Notes under the pieces: model-generated
What the model was told of the DNA's origin: nothing
What the model saw: only the letters and a program-made list of their open reading frames with translations
The model's database searches: none
Source: Methylovulum sp.
GTDB lineage: Bacteria > Pseudomonadota > Gammaproteobacteria > Methylococcales > Methylomonadaceae
Length of the DNA stretch: 64,000 nt
NCBI GenBank assembly: GCA_028712695.1
Contig: JAQTQZ010000016.1
Coordinates: 8,678 to 72,677, forward strand
Direction of reading: 5' to 3'
In this document: positions 8,018 to 18,300 of the stretch, in pieces
How the letters are laid out: the number at the start of each line of letters is the position of its first letter
Numbering within the stretch: position 1 is the stretch's first letter
Program-made: the position numbers and the translations under genes

Positions 8018-9284
8018 GGCATTCCAACGCATAGGTTATTGCCGGTCTGACCACGCCAGGCAATATTGACATATTGTTTTCCATGGGTATGTTTTCAATT
8101 TCAAAGGCGCAGATATGGTCTTGCTTGAATAAAACATAACGCTGGCTTTGGCCAAAAAGCAAATTCATGCTGTACATATTGGCATTTAGCAAATGGGCAG
8201 GGATGATAGCCGTGATTTTATGTTTACCCAGTTTTGAGTTTTGGTCTTTGGCAAAAACAAAGCCGTGATGGAAAACTAACACATCATCTTTACTGACGAT
8301 TTCAAACGTCAGGTCTTCAGTGATGTCTTTTATTTTGTTGAAAAAGTCGATTGTTATTTGTACGCCCGAACTGATGTCCAGTGTTGTGCCGTTTAGCGGG
8401 TTTATTTTTATGCTGTCTACCCGGATATTGTCATTTTCAGCAGCGTTGCCAAATTCCCAGTGGTTGTTTTCATTAGTTGCCAAGGCATTGTTATTTTGGT
8501 AAAAATCAATGGCCTCAGTGATATTTCCTTCAAACCCTTTGCTGCCATTAATGAGCACCATGCCGCTTTTACACAGGCTTTTTACCGCCGCCATATTGTG
8601 GCTAACAAACAGCACAGTGCGGCCGTAGCTTTTAGATACGTCCTGCATTTTGCCGATTGCTTTTTTCTGAAATTCGGCATCACCGACCGCCAGCACTTCA
8701 TCCACCACCAAAATTTCCGGCTCCAAATGTGCGGCGATGGCAAAGCCTAGTCTTACGGTCATGCCACTAGAATAGCGTTTTACGGGCGTGTCGAGGTATT
8801 TTGCCACACCAGAAAAATCAACGATTTCATCAAGTTTGCTGGTGATTTCAGCTTTGCGCATTCCCATAATGGTGCCGTTCATGTAGATATTTTCACGGCC
8901 GGTCATTTCTGGATGAAAGCCGGTGCCCACTTCTAACAGGCTGGCCATCCGTCCTCGCGCCCGAATACGTCCGGTTGATGGTGATGTCACTTGCGACAGT
9001 AGCTTTAATAAGGTGCTTTTGCCAGCGCCATTTTTGCCAATAATCCCTAGCACATCACCGGCCTGAAGTTCCAGGTTAATGTCACGCAAAGCCCAGACAT
9101 GCTCTCCTTTTTGGGCTATCTGTGTGCGGTCATTAACCGTGCCAATTTTAGAATAGGGATCTTCCTTTCTTAATATTTTGGTTTTCCACCAACGGTTAAG
9201 GTCATGGGATAGGGTGCCGGTGCCAACTTCACCGAGACGGTACAGTTTGCTGAGATTTTCTATTTTAATTATGGGTTGCGACAT
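8010..9284 (-). CDS. wzt: Polysaccharide ABC transporter ATP-binding protein with C-terminal carbohydrate-binding extension
   Basis: Walker A GKNGAGKST, YSSGM signature, LVVDEVLAVGD, FVSH; about 170-aa C-terminal extension. Confidence 0.9.
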   Translation of the reverse strand: MSQPIIKIENLSKLYRLGEVGTGTLSHDLNRWWKTKILRKEDPYSKIGTVNDRTQIAQKGEHVWALRDINLELQAGDVLGIIGKNGAGKSTLLKLLSQVTSPSTGRIRARGRMASLLEVGTGFHPEMTGRENIYMNGTIMGMRKAEITSKLDEIVDFSGVAKYLDTPVKRYSSGMTVRLGFAIAAHLEPEILVVDEVLAVGDAEFQKKAIGKMQDVSKSYGRTVLFVSHNMAAVKSLCKSGMVLINGSKGFEGNITEAIDFYQNNNALATNENNHWEFGNAAENDNIRVDSIKINPLNGTTLDISSGVQITIDFFNKIKDITEDLTFEIVSKDDVLVFHHGFVFAKDQNSKLGKHKITAIIPAHLLNANMYSMNLLFGQSQRYVLFKQDHICAFEIENIPMENNMSILPGVVRPAITYALECHG

Positions 9285-9353
9285 GCTGTTTAATTTTTTA
9301 AAAGTAAGGTCCGCCGTTATCTGGAGATAGGCGTTGGAGTGTATTTTGCTTAA

Positions 9354-10196
9354 TTAAACTGTATCAATAAAATTGCGTTCGGTCTGATGAAAAATGATAA
9401 TCCCAAAAAATAGTAAGATCACCATAAAACCACCCGAATAGGCCAGTGCATCCCAGCTAAAGTGCCCGGCACCCAAAAAAGCGTATTTGAAGCCTTCCAG
9501 AATCGGTGTTAACGGATTGGCCTGAATGAAGATCTTGTATTTTTCTGGGATGGTCGAAACAGGGTAAATGACAGGGGTTGCATACATTAATAACTGGATG
9601 CCGAACGTCAGCAAGTGGTTTAAGTCGCGGTATTTAGTCGTTAATGAGCTGAAAATAAGGCCGGCCGCTAGGCCAATTCCGGCCATTAAGACGATATAAA
9701 CAGGCACTAATGCTAATGTCCAGTTGGGTTGTATGATGGTGTTGCCTGAGAAAATAAAATACAGATAGATGATGATAAAAAATGAAAATTGGATAAAAAA
9801 TTTGATTAAGCCAGATGTTATTTCCGCCAAAGGAATAATTAGCCGTGGAAAATAGACTTTGCCAAATATCTGGGCATTAGTGGTGAAGGTGTGCGCGGTT
9901 TGGTTGAAGCTTTCGGAAAAGTAGTTCCAAATGACTATGCCGGATAAGTAAAAAAGTACTTGGGGCAGGCCGTCGGTGGATATTTTGGCTATTTGCCCAA
10001 ACACCAACACATACATGGCAGTGGTCATCAAGGGTTGTACAATAAACCATATGGGGCCAAGTATGGTTTGTTTGTACACAGTGATAATGCTGCGTTTGAT
10101 AAACATGTAAAGCAAATCACGATACAACCAAATTTCTTTAAAGTTTATGTCCAGTAAATGTTTTTTTGGTGTTATATCAATAGTGTAGTTGTTCAT
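9354..10196 (-). CDS. wzm: Polysaccharide ABC transporter permease
   Basis: YKQTILGPIWFIVQPL, KVYFPRL, YRDL, YATPVIYP, NPLTPI; multiple TM helices. Confidence 0.9.
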   Translation of the reverse strand: MNNYTIDITPKKHLLDINFKEIWLYRDLLYMFIKRSIITVYKQTILGPIWFIVQPLMTTAMYVLVFGQIAKISTDGLPQVLFYLSGIVIWNYFSESFNQTAHTFTTNAQIFGKVYFPRLIIPLAEITSGLIKFFIQFSFFIIIYLYFIFSGNTIIQPNWTLALVPVYIVLMAGIGLAAGLIFSSLTTKYRDLNHLLTFGIQLLMYATPVIYPVSTIPEKYKIFIQANPLTPILEGFKYAFLGAGHFSWDALAYSGGFMVILLFFGIIIFHQTERNFIDTV

Positions 10197-10255
10197 CAGA
10201 TTGTCTTTGTTTTATAAAGCGCGGTAAGCAATGCGGTTATTTAAGGCGAGGTGGA

Positions 10256-11491
10256 TTATACCAGCACTTCTTCAGCCTTTGGCTGCGTTAAAAAATCTTT
10301 AGGGCTGGCACTGTAGCCATATGCGCCGGATTGGTAGACTACCACAAAGTCACCGATTTCGGCTGTGGGCAAGGCTGTTTTATCGGCAAGTGTATCTAAT
10401 GGTGTGCATAAAGGCCCGACGATAGTCACGGTTTCTATGGTATGGCCATTCATTTTATTGCCAATAGCGACGGGATAGTTTTTGCGGATGACTTGCCCAA
10501 AATTGCCCGATGCGGCAAGGTGATGATGTAAACCACCATCAACAATCAAGTAAATTTGCCCGCGCGAGACTTTTTTATCAAGCACTTGGCAAACATAAAG
10601 CCCCGCTTCACCGACTAGATAGCGTCCCAATTCGATGATCACCTCGGCTTGTGGATGGGTCTTGTGGAAATGTCCCATAGATTCCGCCAGCGCATCACCG
10701 ACGGCTTGCGTATCCAACGCAGTGTCGCCCGGAAAATACGGGATGCCATAGCCGCCGCCGATATTAAGCTTTTTTATCGGGCTTGGGCAATCCGCAGAGA
10801 GCCGTGTGGCTAAGGCGAGGCTTTTTTGTTGGGCTTCGATAATTGCTTCCGCCTTAAGGTTTTGCGAGCCGCTGTAGATGTGGAAGCCTTGAAAATCCAA
10901 TGCTAATGCTTGGGTGCGTTTTAAGACATCCGGCACTATCTCTTCATCAATGCCAAATTGTTTGGCACCACCGCCCATTTTCATACCAGAGGCTTTGAGC
11001 TCAAACGCGGGGTTAATCCGCAACGCAATCCGCGCCTGAATGCCGGATTGTCCAGACAGTTGGGCAATGGTTTCCAGTTCGTTAGGGGACTCGACATTAA
11101 TGGTGACGCCCGCCGCAATTGCTTGGGCCAACTCGGCGGGACGTTTGCCGGGGCCTGCCAGGCTGATATGTTCAGGTGACATCGGCGTGTCGAGGGCGAC
11201 TTTCATTTCGCCAGCGGAAGCCAAATCAAAACCATCGACCAAACCAGCCAAATGTTGGACGACGGCTGGCATGGGGTTGGCTTTTAGCGCGTAGTGGATT
11301 TTTAAATTTTGCGGCATTTGTTGGCGCAATTCGGCTACCCGTTGGCTTATGAGTTGCCGGTCATAGGCATAAAATGGCGTCGAGCCGACGCGCTGCGCCA
11401 ACCGTGCCAGTGTTATGCCGCCAATAACCAGATTGTTGCCTTTAACAGGGAATTGGCCCATCGGTGGGTGTTGCGGGACTGTTTTAGTCAT
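10256..11491 (-). CDS. PLP-dependent decarboxylase, exosortase A system-associated (DAP decarboxylase fold)
   Basis: HYALKANP, RINP, GFHIYSGSQ, NIGGGYG, ELGRYLV, GPLCTPLD; adjacent to acyl-CoA ligase. Confidence 0.85.
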   Translation of the reverse strand: MTKTVPQHPPMGQFPVKGNNLVIGGITLARLAQRVGSTPFYAYDRQLISQRVAELRQQMPQNLKIHYALKANPMPAVVQHLAGLVDGFDLASAGEMKVALDTPMSPEHISLAGPGKRPAELAQAIAAGVTINVESPNELETIAQLSGQSGIQARIALRINPAFELKASGMKMGGGAKQFGIDEEIVPDVLKRTQALALDFQGFHIYSGSQNLKAEAIIEAQQKSLALATRLSADCPSPIKKLNIGGGYGIPYFPGDTALDTQAVGDALAESMGHFHKTHPQAEVIIELGRYLVGEAGLYVCQVLDKKVSRGQIYLIVDGGLHHHLAASGNFGQVIRKNYPVAIGNKMNGHTIETVTIVGPLCTPLDTLADKTALPTAEIGDFVVVYQSGAYGYSASPKDFLTQPKAEEVLV

Positions 11492-13076
11492 GGTTTTTTT
11501 TGAAGATGTCGGCAAATTGTTGGGCGAGGGCTTTACGGTCAATTTTACCGTTCGGGTTTTTAGGTAATATTGGCAGGGCTTCGATTTTAGCAGGTACCAT
11601 AAAATTAGGCAGTTGGGCTTTGCAGATAGCCAGTAATGCGTGTTCCTGAAAATTGGCAGAATCTTCAGGGCTGACCACGACTAACACGCTCTGTCCTAAA
11701 CTATCGTGTTCTATGCCAATGGCGGCAGCTTCTTTGACCAAGCCCGATGCGTAAACCACCTCTTCGATTTCGGTGGGGCTGACGCGATAACCGGAAGTTT
11801 TAATCATGTCATCTTTACGCCCGACAAAATATAAATAACCTTCTTCATCTCTAGTGACGGTATCGCCTGACCAGACGGCGATTTCGGTCAGCGGTAAGGC
11901 GGCTAACTGGTTGGGGGCGGGTTTAAAACGTTCGGCAGTTTTTTCCGGATCATTCCAATAGCCCATCGCCACTAGCGAGCCGCGATGCACCAATTCACCC
12001 GGTTCATGGGGTGCACACAGCGAGCCATCCTCGCGTACCACTAAGATGTCGGCATTGGGGATGGCTTTGCCGATAGAGTCGGGACGGGCATCAATTTGAT
12101 CGGGAGGTAAATAAGTTGAGCGGAACGCTTCGGTCAAGCCGTACATCAGAAAAAATTGGCTGTCGGGCACCTTTTGGCGAATGGCGGTTAAAATGGATTT
12201 CGGCATTTTGCCGCCGGAATTGGTCATATAACGCAGATGCCCGTTAATGCTGGCGGGCCATTCCAGTGTTGCCAATTGTGCCCACAGTGGCGGCACGGCA
12301 GCCAGCCCAGTGATGTGTTGGTTTTCTAAAACCTTAATGACGTCGCGCGGCAATAGGTAATCCAAGAGCACGCAGCAAGCACCTTGCAGTAGTGAGGCTG
12401 TCAATTGGTTTAAGCCGTAATCAAAACTGAACGGTAGCACCGCTAACAGCCTGTCGGTGGTGGTGATGGCTAGATATTCGCTGACACTTTGCGCCCCTGC
12501 AACCAAGTTACGGTGCGATAGCACAACACCTTTGGGCTTACCTGTGCTGCCTGAGGTATACAAAATTGCTGCCATATCGGTGTCGATAGCGGTAGGCATT
12601 AAGGTGTGCGGATGTGCCAAAGCCAGAAATTCTTGCCAGCCTAAAACAGTTTGTGCAATGGGCTGGCATTGGCTCGGGCCATCATCCACCATAATGATAG
12701 TGTGCAGGTCAGGGCAATTTTCCAAGGCAGAAGCCAGGCTTTGCAAACGGCTTTTTGACGTGATTAGGATTTGGACATTGCAATCGTTCAGGATATAGGT
12801 CACCTGTGGCGCTTTTAACACCGGATTGACGGGCACAAAAACGCCACCCGCTTGGCTAATGGCAAGCAAGCTGGTGACGGTTTCCAATTGCTTAGGAAGA
12901 TAAACTGCGGCACGTTGCTGTGGTTTTAAGTGTATGCCTAACAGTGCTTGCGTCTGTTGTTGGACGTGTTCGGTTAACTCGCCATAAGTCCACGTGTTTT
13001 TTTTATGTATGATAGCAGGACAATGTCTGGCATGGTCCGCAGATTCGGCTAATAATTGATGCAGTAATATGGGCAT
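11484..13076 (-). CDS. Acyl-CoA ligase (AMP-forming), exosortase A system-associated
   Basis: YTSGSTGKPKG, LPFSFDYGLNQ, MYGLTE, GRKDDMIKTSGYRVSP, NPNGKIDR. Confidence 0.88.
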   Translation of the reverse strand: MPILLHQLLAESADHARHCPAIIHKKNTWTYGELTEHVQQQTQALLGIHLKPQQRAAVYLPKQLETVTSLLAISQAGGVFVPVNPVLKAPQVTYILNDCNVQILITSKSRLQSLASALENCPDLHTIIMVDDGPSQCQPIAQTVLGWQEFLALAHPHTLMPTAIDTDMAAILYTSGSTGKPKGVVLSHRNLVAGAQSVSEYLAITTTDRLLAVLPFSFDYGLNQLTASLLQGACCVLLDYLLPRDVIKVLENQHITGLAAVPPLWAQLATLEWPASINGHLRYMTNSGGKMPKSILTAIRQKVPDSQFFLMYGLTEAFRSTYLPPDQIDARPDSIGKAIPNADILVVREDGSLCAPHEPGELVHRGSLVAMGYWNDPEKTAERFKPAPNQLAALPLTEIAVWSGDTVTRDEEGYLYFVGRKDDMIKTSGYRVSPTEIEEVVYASGLVKEAAAIGIEHDSLGQSVLVVVSPEDSANFQEHALLAICKAQLPNFMVPAKIEALPILPKNPNGKIDRKALAQQFADIFKKNHD

Positions 13077-13267
13077 GGGTTAGTGGTGGTTATAAACAAC
13101 GGGGCTATGTAGTTTTAAAGATGTTTAAGTAATGCTGGTTTCTGCCGATTGTCAGGGCGGTTATCAGTGCTAAGTGTACAGTTTCTTAGTTCATGCGCCA
13201 AGCTGCGGCAGTGCCGCTATTTTTCTGGTATGCTCATAAATTGGTAAATTAATTTAAATAAAGCCAC

Positions 13268-13936
13268 ATGCGTTTGTTACTTGTTGAAGATGATGAAATA
13301 TTAGGGGACGGCTTAGTGGCCGGCTTGGCTATGGAGGGTTATGCGGTCGATTGGTTGACCAATGGCAAACTGGCGGATGAGGCGCTGAAGCTTAATACTT
13401 ATGAGCTGATTGTGCTGGATTTGAATTTGCCGGATATGGATGGCCTAAGCATTCTAAGGGCCTTAAGAAGCCGTAAAGATGAGACGCCGGTGATGGTTCT
13501 GACAGCAAAAGACACTATTCCTGACCGGGTTCTAGGATTGGATAGCGGTGCCGACGACTTTGTCGTTAAACCCTTTGAGTTGGATGAGGTGTGCGCCCGC
13601 TTGCGGGCCTTGGCGCGGCGCAGTGAAGGCCGGAGTGTGCCGACTATTGAATATAAAGGTATTGTGCTTGACCCTGCTGCACATCAAGTGACATTCCATG
13701 ATGAAAAAGTGGAGTTATCGCAAAAGGAATTTGAGGTGCTCAATTTTTTGATGAGCAATATCGGCAAAGTGATTTCACGTGCCCGGCTTGAAGAAAGCCT
13801 TTATTCATGGAATTCGGACATTGAAAGCAATACCGTTGAAGTGCACATCCACCATCTTAGAAAAAAGCTGGATTCCAGTTTGATCCGCACGGTTAGGGGT
13901 GTCGGTTATATTATTGATGCTGAAGAGGAGCAATGA
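13268..13936 (+). CDS. OmpR-family response regulator (QseB/PmrA-like)
   Basis: MRLLLVEDD, DLNLPDMDG, GADDFVVKPF, NTVEVHIHHLRKK, TVRGVGY. Confidence 0.9.
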   Translation: MRLLLVEDDEILGDGLVAGLAMEGYAVDWLTNGKLADEALKLNTYELIVLDLNLPDMDGLSILRALRSRKDETPVMVLTAKDTIPDRVLGLDSGADDFVVKPFELDEVCARLRALARRSEGRSVPTIEYKGIVLDPAAHQVTFHDEKVELSQKEFEVLNFLMSNIGKVISRARLEESLYSWNSDIESNTVEVHIHHLRKKLDSSLIRTVRGVGYIIDAEEEQ

Positions 13937-15552
13937 ATTATTCGCTCAGACAGTTGTTATTAATCAGTTTATTGTCCGCTTCCATGCTGATTTGGGGGGT
14001 TGCCGCGTATATCAGCTATAAACAAACCCGTCATGAAGTTGCTAATTTGTTTGATGCTGAGCTGTCGCAATCTGCAAAAGTGTTGCATGCGTTTGTCGAA
14101 AGTTTACTGCGGGAAGGGTCGTTGTCGGCTTATTGGCGACAAGAGAAGGTTGACAAGCATTTGCATGCCCATGCCTTAAAACATCGGTTTAAACGAAAAA
14201 ATGCTTTTCAGTTGTGGTCTGATGACCAAAGTTTGTTTTTGCGCTCAGAAAAGTCAGCGCAATTTTCTGTGCAGGGTTTTGATAAGCTTAGTAGTGAAGC
14301 GCAATTATGGCATGCTTTTGATGATGTCTTGTTGGCCAATACCTTAGGACGGAAATACGAGCGCAAAATTGCTTTTCAGTTATGGTCGAAAAAGGATGGC
14401 TTACTCATGCGGTCAGAAAGTGCGCCAAAATATGCGTTTTCTGAGGCCGATAATGGTTTTAGCCAGACTAACATTGATGGGCATTTGTGGCATGTTTTTA
14501 GTATTTCGAATGCCACGGGTGAATATATAGTCCATGTTGGACAAAAAGAGGAGATTCGAGCCGAACTGACCGATGAAATATCGACCCAATTGGTCACCCA
14601 GTTTTTGATAGGTTTGCCCTTTTTGGGTGCTGTTATATGGCTCATCGTCGGTCATTCGTTAAAACCCATCAATCGCTTGGAAAGGTCATTGGCAAGGCGT
14701 GAAGCAAGTTATCTTAAGCCAATTTCTACGCGTAAACTACCTAATGAAATTCTGCCGGTTGTTAATGAAATCAATAACCTCTTTGTCCAGCTTGAGAAAG
14801 CATTTGAGCATGAGAGGCGCTTTACATCGGATGCTGCGCATGAGCTGAGGACGCCGCTGGCAGGTTTGCTGACCCAAGCACAGGTCGCTTTGCGCACTAA
14901 TGATGACGGTGTGCGCAAGCAAGCGCTTAAGCGGATTGAACAGGCCGTCAATCGCATGACTTACATGGTTCAGCAATTGTTAACGTTCTCACGGATAGAA
15001 TACAGCACAGAGTTTTTAACTAAAGAGCCCACTGACCTTGGCCGTGAAGTTGTTCAGGTTGTTGCCGATTTGGATCCGGAAGCGCACAGAAAGCAGATTC
15101 TCATGGAGTTTATTGAAGATAATCCAGAGCCTGTTGTTGTTAATGCGCCGCTGGTGGCGATCCTGATCCGAAATATTATTGATAACGCCATAAAATATAC
15201 CCCGGCCAAAGGCACTGTTATCATCAGGGTTACCGGGAAGGATAGGCACGTACAATTGTGCGTTGAAGATTCGGGGCCAGGTATAACACCTGATCAATAT
15301 GAAAAATCCTTGGAACGTTTTCATCGCTGCGTTGAAACGGCTAATGTTGCACAAGGCACGGGCTTGGGCTTTTCCATTGTTGAAAGGATTGCCGCAATTC
15401 ATAATGCGGATTTGATTTTAGGGGTGTCCCAGTTAGGCGGCTTGAAAGTTACGCTGTTGTTTCCATTACCGATAAAACCGGCGCATGAAGCTTGGAAAAT
15501 AAAACTCAGTTTTTTGAATAGGTTAAGTGCAAGGCGCAATATTGAGACTTAA
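13933..15552 (+). CDS. Sensor histidine kinase (QseC-like) with duplicated periplasmic module
   Basis: LFDAEL, H-box FTSDAAHELRTPL, N-box NIIDNAIKY, DSGPG, GTGLGFSIV; AFQLWS...LWHxF module present twice. Confidence 0.88.
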   Translation: MNYSLRQLLLISLLSASMLIWGVAAYISYKQTRHEVANLFDAELSQSAKVLHAFVESLLREGSLSAYWRQEKVDKHLHAHALKHRFKRKNAFQLWSDDQSLFLRSEKSAQFSVQGFDKLSSEAQLWHAFDDVLLANTLGRKYERKIAFQLWSKKDGLLMRSESAPKYAFSEADNGFSQTNIDGHLWHVFSISNATGEYIVHVGQKEEIRAELTDEISTQLVTQFLIGLPFLGAVIWLIVGHSLKPINRLERSLARREASYLKPISTRKLPNEILPVVNEINNLFVQLEKAFEHERRFTSDAAHELRTPLAGLLTQAQVALRTNDDGVRKQALKRIEQAVNRMTYMVQQLLTFSRIEYSTEFLTKEPTDLGREVVQVVADLDPEAHRKQILMEFIEDNPEPVVVNAPLVAILIRNIIDNAIKYTPAKGTVIIRVTGKDRHVQLCVEDSGPGITPDQYEKSLERFHRCVETANVAQGTGLGFSIVERIAAIHNADLILGVSQLGGLKVTLLFPLPIKPAHEAWKIKLSFLNRLSARRNIET

Positions 15553-15809
15553 CAGTGCAGGGTTTTTGGATAGTTTTGATGGTTTAACGGGCAACGTTTG
15601 GGGCTAAGCACATTAAGTTGTGAGGAAATAGGCGGGATAAATAGGCCGTCTGTTGATAACAAAGCCACGGGCAATAAGCGTTTGCAGCAGGGAAAATAAA
15701 AATAAAACAATTGAATTTTGTGGTTAAATTCCCTATTCTTTCACAGTTTTAACTTTTAACCGGACTGTAGATTAAAAATACAGTTCTTTTACCACTAGGA
15801 GAGGTCACC

Positions 15810-16148
15810 ATGAAAAAATTATTAGTCGCAGCAGCAAGCATTGCGTTGGTCGCATTAAGTGGACAAGCGCTGGCTGATGAACAAATCGAAATCGGTAAAA
15901 AAATCTATGAGCGTGCTTTTGGCCGTGGTTGTGGCACTTGCCATGACATCGCTTCTAACCCGCAACTGACTGCTTTAATCAAAGCCGGCCAATTGGACAG
16001 AGCTAAATTTGAACAAGTTCTGAAAGAAGGTAAAGGCGGAATGCCAAAAGCGATTGAAGAAATTATGAAGCAAAAAGCGGTAGAAAAAGCAGGCTACGGT
16101 GAAGATCAAGCGGTAGATGCGTTATACAAATATCTGGAAACCAAATAA
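15810..16148 (+). CDS. Periplasmic class I monoheme cytochrome c
   Basis: Signal peptide, CxxCH (CGTCH), GGMP axial Met; aggag RBS. Confidence 0.9.
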   Translation: MKKLLVAAASIALVALSGQALADEQIEIGKKIYERAFGRGCGTCHDIASNPQLTALIKAGQLDRAKFEQVLKEGKGGMPKAIEEIMKQKAVEKAGYGEDQAVDALYKYLETK

Positions 16149-16169
16149 GTTTCGTTATTTGATGCAAAC

Positions 16170-16210
16170 AAAAAACCGCCCCAACCATAGATAGTTGGAG
16201 CGGTTTTTTT
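16170..16210. terminator. Bidirectional rho-independent terminator
   Basis: AAAAAACCGC-CCCAAC...GTTGGAG-CGGTTTTTTT hairpin between convergent genes. Confidence 0.75.
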
Positions 16211-16222
16211 ATGGGTATAGTT

Positions 16223-16816
16223 TTAATGTTTACCTAAATAACGGGTGATCACTTCTTTATAAGGCAGTTTATTAATCTGTTTAACCCAGATTCCTGCCGC
16301 CGCCGCCAGCATTAGCCCACAAGAGGCCAAGCTTAGATAAATTAGGCGTTTTAGATGTGACATTTCCTGGGCCATTTGTTCATTGGCGGTGACTGTGCCA
16401 ATTTGTTGCTTGTTGATCGGTTCGGAATAGGTGCGTAGCACTTTAACGTCGTTTTTTAGGTCTTCGATGGTGCCTAGTGAGTTGTTGATAGTGCCAGCAC
16501 GAAGGCTGTCTTCCAGTGACCTTAATTTGCTTTCAATCGAACCGCTGACCAAACCTACCAGCTGGCCTTTTAAGGTATCAACGTCTGCTGACAGGCGCGG
16601 GTTGCTTTGAGTGGCATATTCATCAGCTGTGGCGAGTTTTTTATAGTTGTCGACAAAATCATTGGAAGGAAGTAAGAAAAAGCCTGCAATAAAAATGACA
16701 GTCATCAGGAAAAGCACTCCAGTTAATAGCCATCTGTTTGCTTTCATCAATGCTTGATGTGAAGGCACGCGTTGAAGAACAATAATTTCTGATTTTATCT
16801 TGCCTGTATCGCTCAT
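16223..16816 (-). CDS. Hypothetical protein, two TM helices flanking a coiled-coil region
   Basis: 197-aa ORF with GGAGG RBS, hydrophobic segments near both ends. Confidence 0.7.
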   Translation of the reverse strand: MSDTGKIKSEIIVLQRVPSHQALMKANRWLLTGVLFLMTVIFIAGFFLLPSNDFVDNYKKLATADEYATQSNPRLSADVDTLKGQLVGLVSGSIESKLRSLEDSLRAGTINNSLGTIEDLKNDVKVLRTYSEPINKQQIGTVTANEQMAQEMSHLKRLIYLSLASCGLMLAAAAGIWVKQINKLPYKEVITRYLGKH

Positions 16817-16941
16817 TGGTTACTTCCTCCCGAACCAGATAAGAACGCATCTTGGTTGGACAAATATTATTTTTATGAATGACTGCCTAACGGGCAATTA
16901 TACAAGCTTAATAGTATTTGTCCTGTGTTTTTATGACGGTT

Positions 16942-18156
16942 TTATTGACGTTGTTTGATGGCTGCAATGCGCATTCTCAGGGCGTTTAATTTAATGAAGC
17001 CTTCCGCATCTTTTTGATTGTAAGCGCCGCCATCTTCTTCAAAAGTCGCAATGCTCTCGTCAAACAAGCTGTCGGTTTCAGATGCGCGGCCTACCACGAT
17101 GACGTTGCCTTTGTAGAGTTTTAACCTGACTTTGCCGTTGACAGATACTTGGGAGGCATCAATCATGGTTTGCAACATTTTACGTTCAGGACTCCACCAG
17201 TAACCGTTATAAATTAATGACGCATAACGGGGCATCAGTTCGTCTTTTAAATGTGCCACTTCCCTATCAAGGGTCAGCGATTCAATCGCGCGGTGCGCTT
17301 TTAACATGATGGTGCCCGCTGGTGTTTCATAACAACCGCGTGATTTCATGCCAACATAGCGGTTTTCGACGATGTCCAGACGGCCGATACCGTTTTCACC
17401 GGCAATTTTATTCAGGTTTTCCAAAACTTCTGCTGGAGTATGGGCAACATCATCAATTGCAACAATATCGCCTTGGCGATAGGTCAATTCAATATACGTT
17501 GGCTTATCGGGAGCCATTTCAGGTGAAACTGTCCAGCGCCACATGTCTTCTTCGGGCTCTGCCCAAGGGTCTTCCAATATACGACCCTCATAGGAAATAT
17601 GCAGTAAGTTGGCATCCATCGAATAGGGCGAGGTTTTGCCCTTTTTCATTTCCACAGGAATGCCATGCCGTTCTGCATAGGCCAGCAAGGTCTGCCGGGA
17701 GGTTAAGTCCCATTCCCGCCAAGGTGCAATGATTTGTATATCCGGGCGTAAGGCGTAAGCGCCCAGTTCAAAACGTACTTGATCATTGCCTTTGCCGGTT
17801 GCGCCATGAGAAATGGCTTTTGCGCCTGTTTCATTGGCAATTTCTATCAAGCGTTTAGCGATTAATGGGCGGGCAATGGAAGTTCCCAGCAGGTATTCGC
17901 CTTCATAAATGGTATTGGCGCGGAACATTGGGAACACAAAGTCACGGGCAAATTCTTCGCGCAAATCTTCGATATAAATTTCTTTGATACCCATTGCTTG
18001 CGCTTTGCTGCGTGCCGGCTCAACTTCTTCGCCTTGGCCCAAATCAGCGGTGAATGTGACGACTTCGCATGCGTAAACGTCCTGTAACCATTTGAGAATA
18101 ACGGAGGTGTCCAGACCTCCAGAATAAGCAAGTACAACTTTATTAATATCCGACAT
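16942..18156 (-). CDS. argG: Argininosuccinate synthase
   Basis: [42 protein letters not shown]. Confidence 0.97.
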   Translation of the reverse strand: MSDINKVVLAYSGGLDTSVILKWLQDVYACEVVTFTADLGQGEEVEPARSKAQAMGIKEIYIEDLREEFARDFVFPMFRANTIYEGEYLLGTSIARPLIAKRLIEIANETGAKAISHGATGKGNDQVRFELGAYALRPDIQIIAPWREWDLTSRQTLLAYAERHGIPVEMKKGKTSPYSMDANLLHISYEGRILEDPWAEPEEDMWRWTVSPEMAPDKPTYIELTYRQGDIVAIDDVAHTPAEVLENLNKIAGENGIGRLDIVENRYVGMKSRGCYETPAGTIMLKAHRAIESLTLDREVAHLKDELMPRYASLIYNGYWWSPERKMLQTMIDASQVSVNGKVRLKLYKGNVIVVGRASETDSLFDESIATFEEDGGAYNQKDAEGFIKLNALRMRIAAIKQRQ

Positions 18157-18300
18157 GGCGCTTTAATACCTTGAGTTAAAAAATGATTGGAATTATACCG
18201 GAAAATAAACTTTACAGCAGAAACGTAGCATGCTTGACCGCGAATTTTAAGCACTGGATTTTTCTGACATCATTTTTTAGACGGTGCTGTGTTCATTGGT

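Noticed and set aside
10256-13076. Ligase + decarboxylase pair as a possible new biosynthetic system
   Set aside because: It matches the known exosortase-A-associated pair; nothing atypical seen
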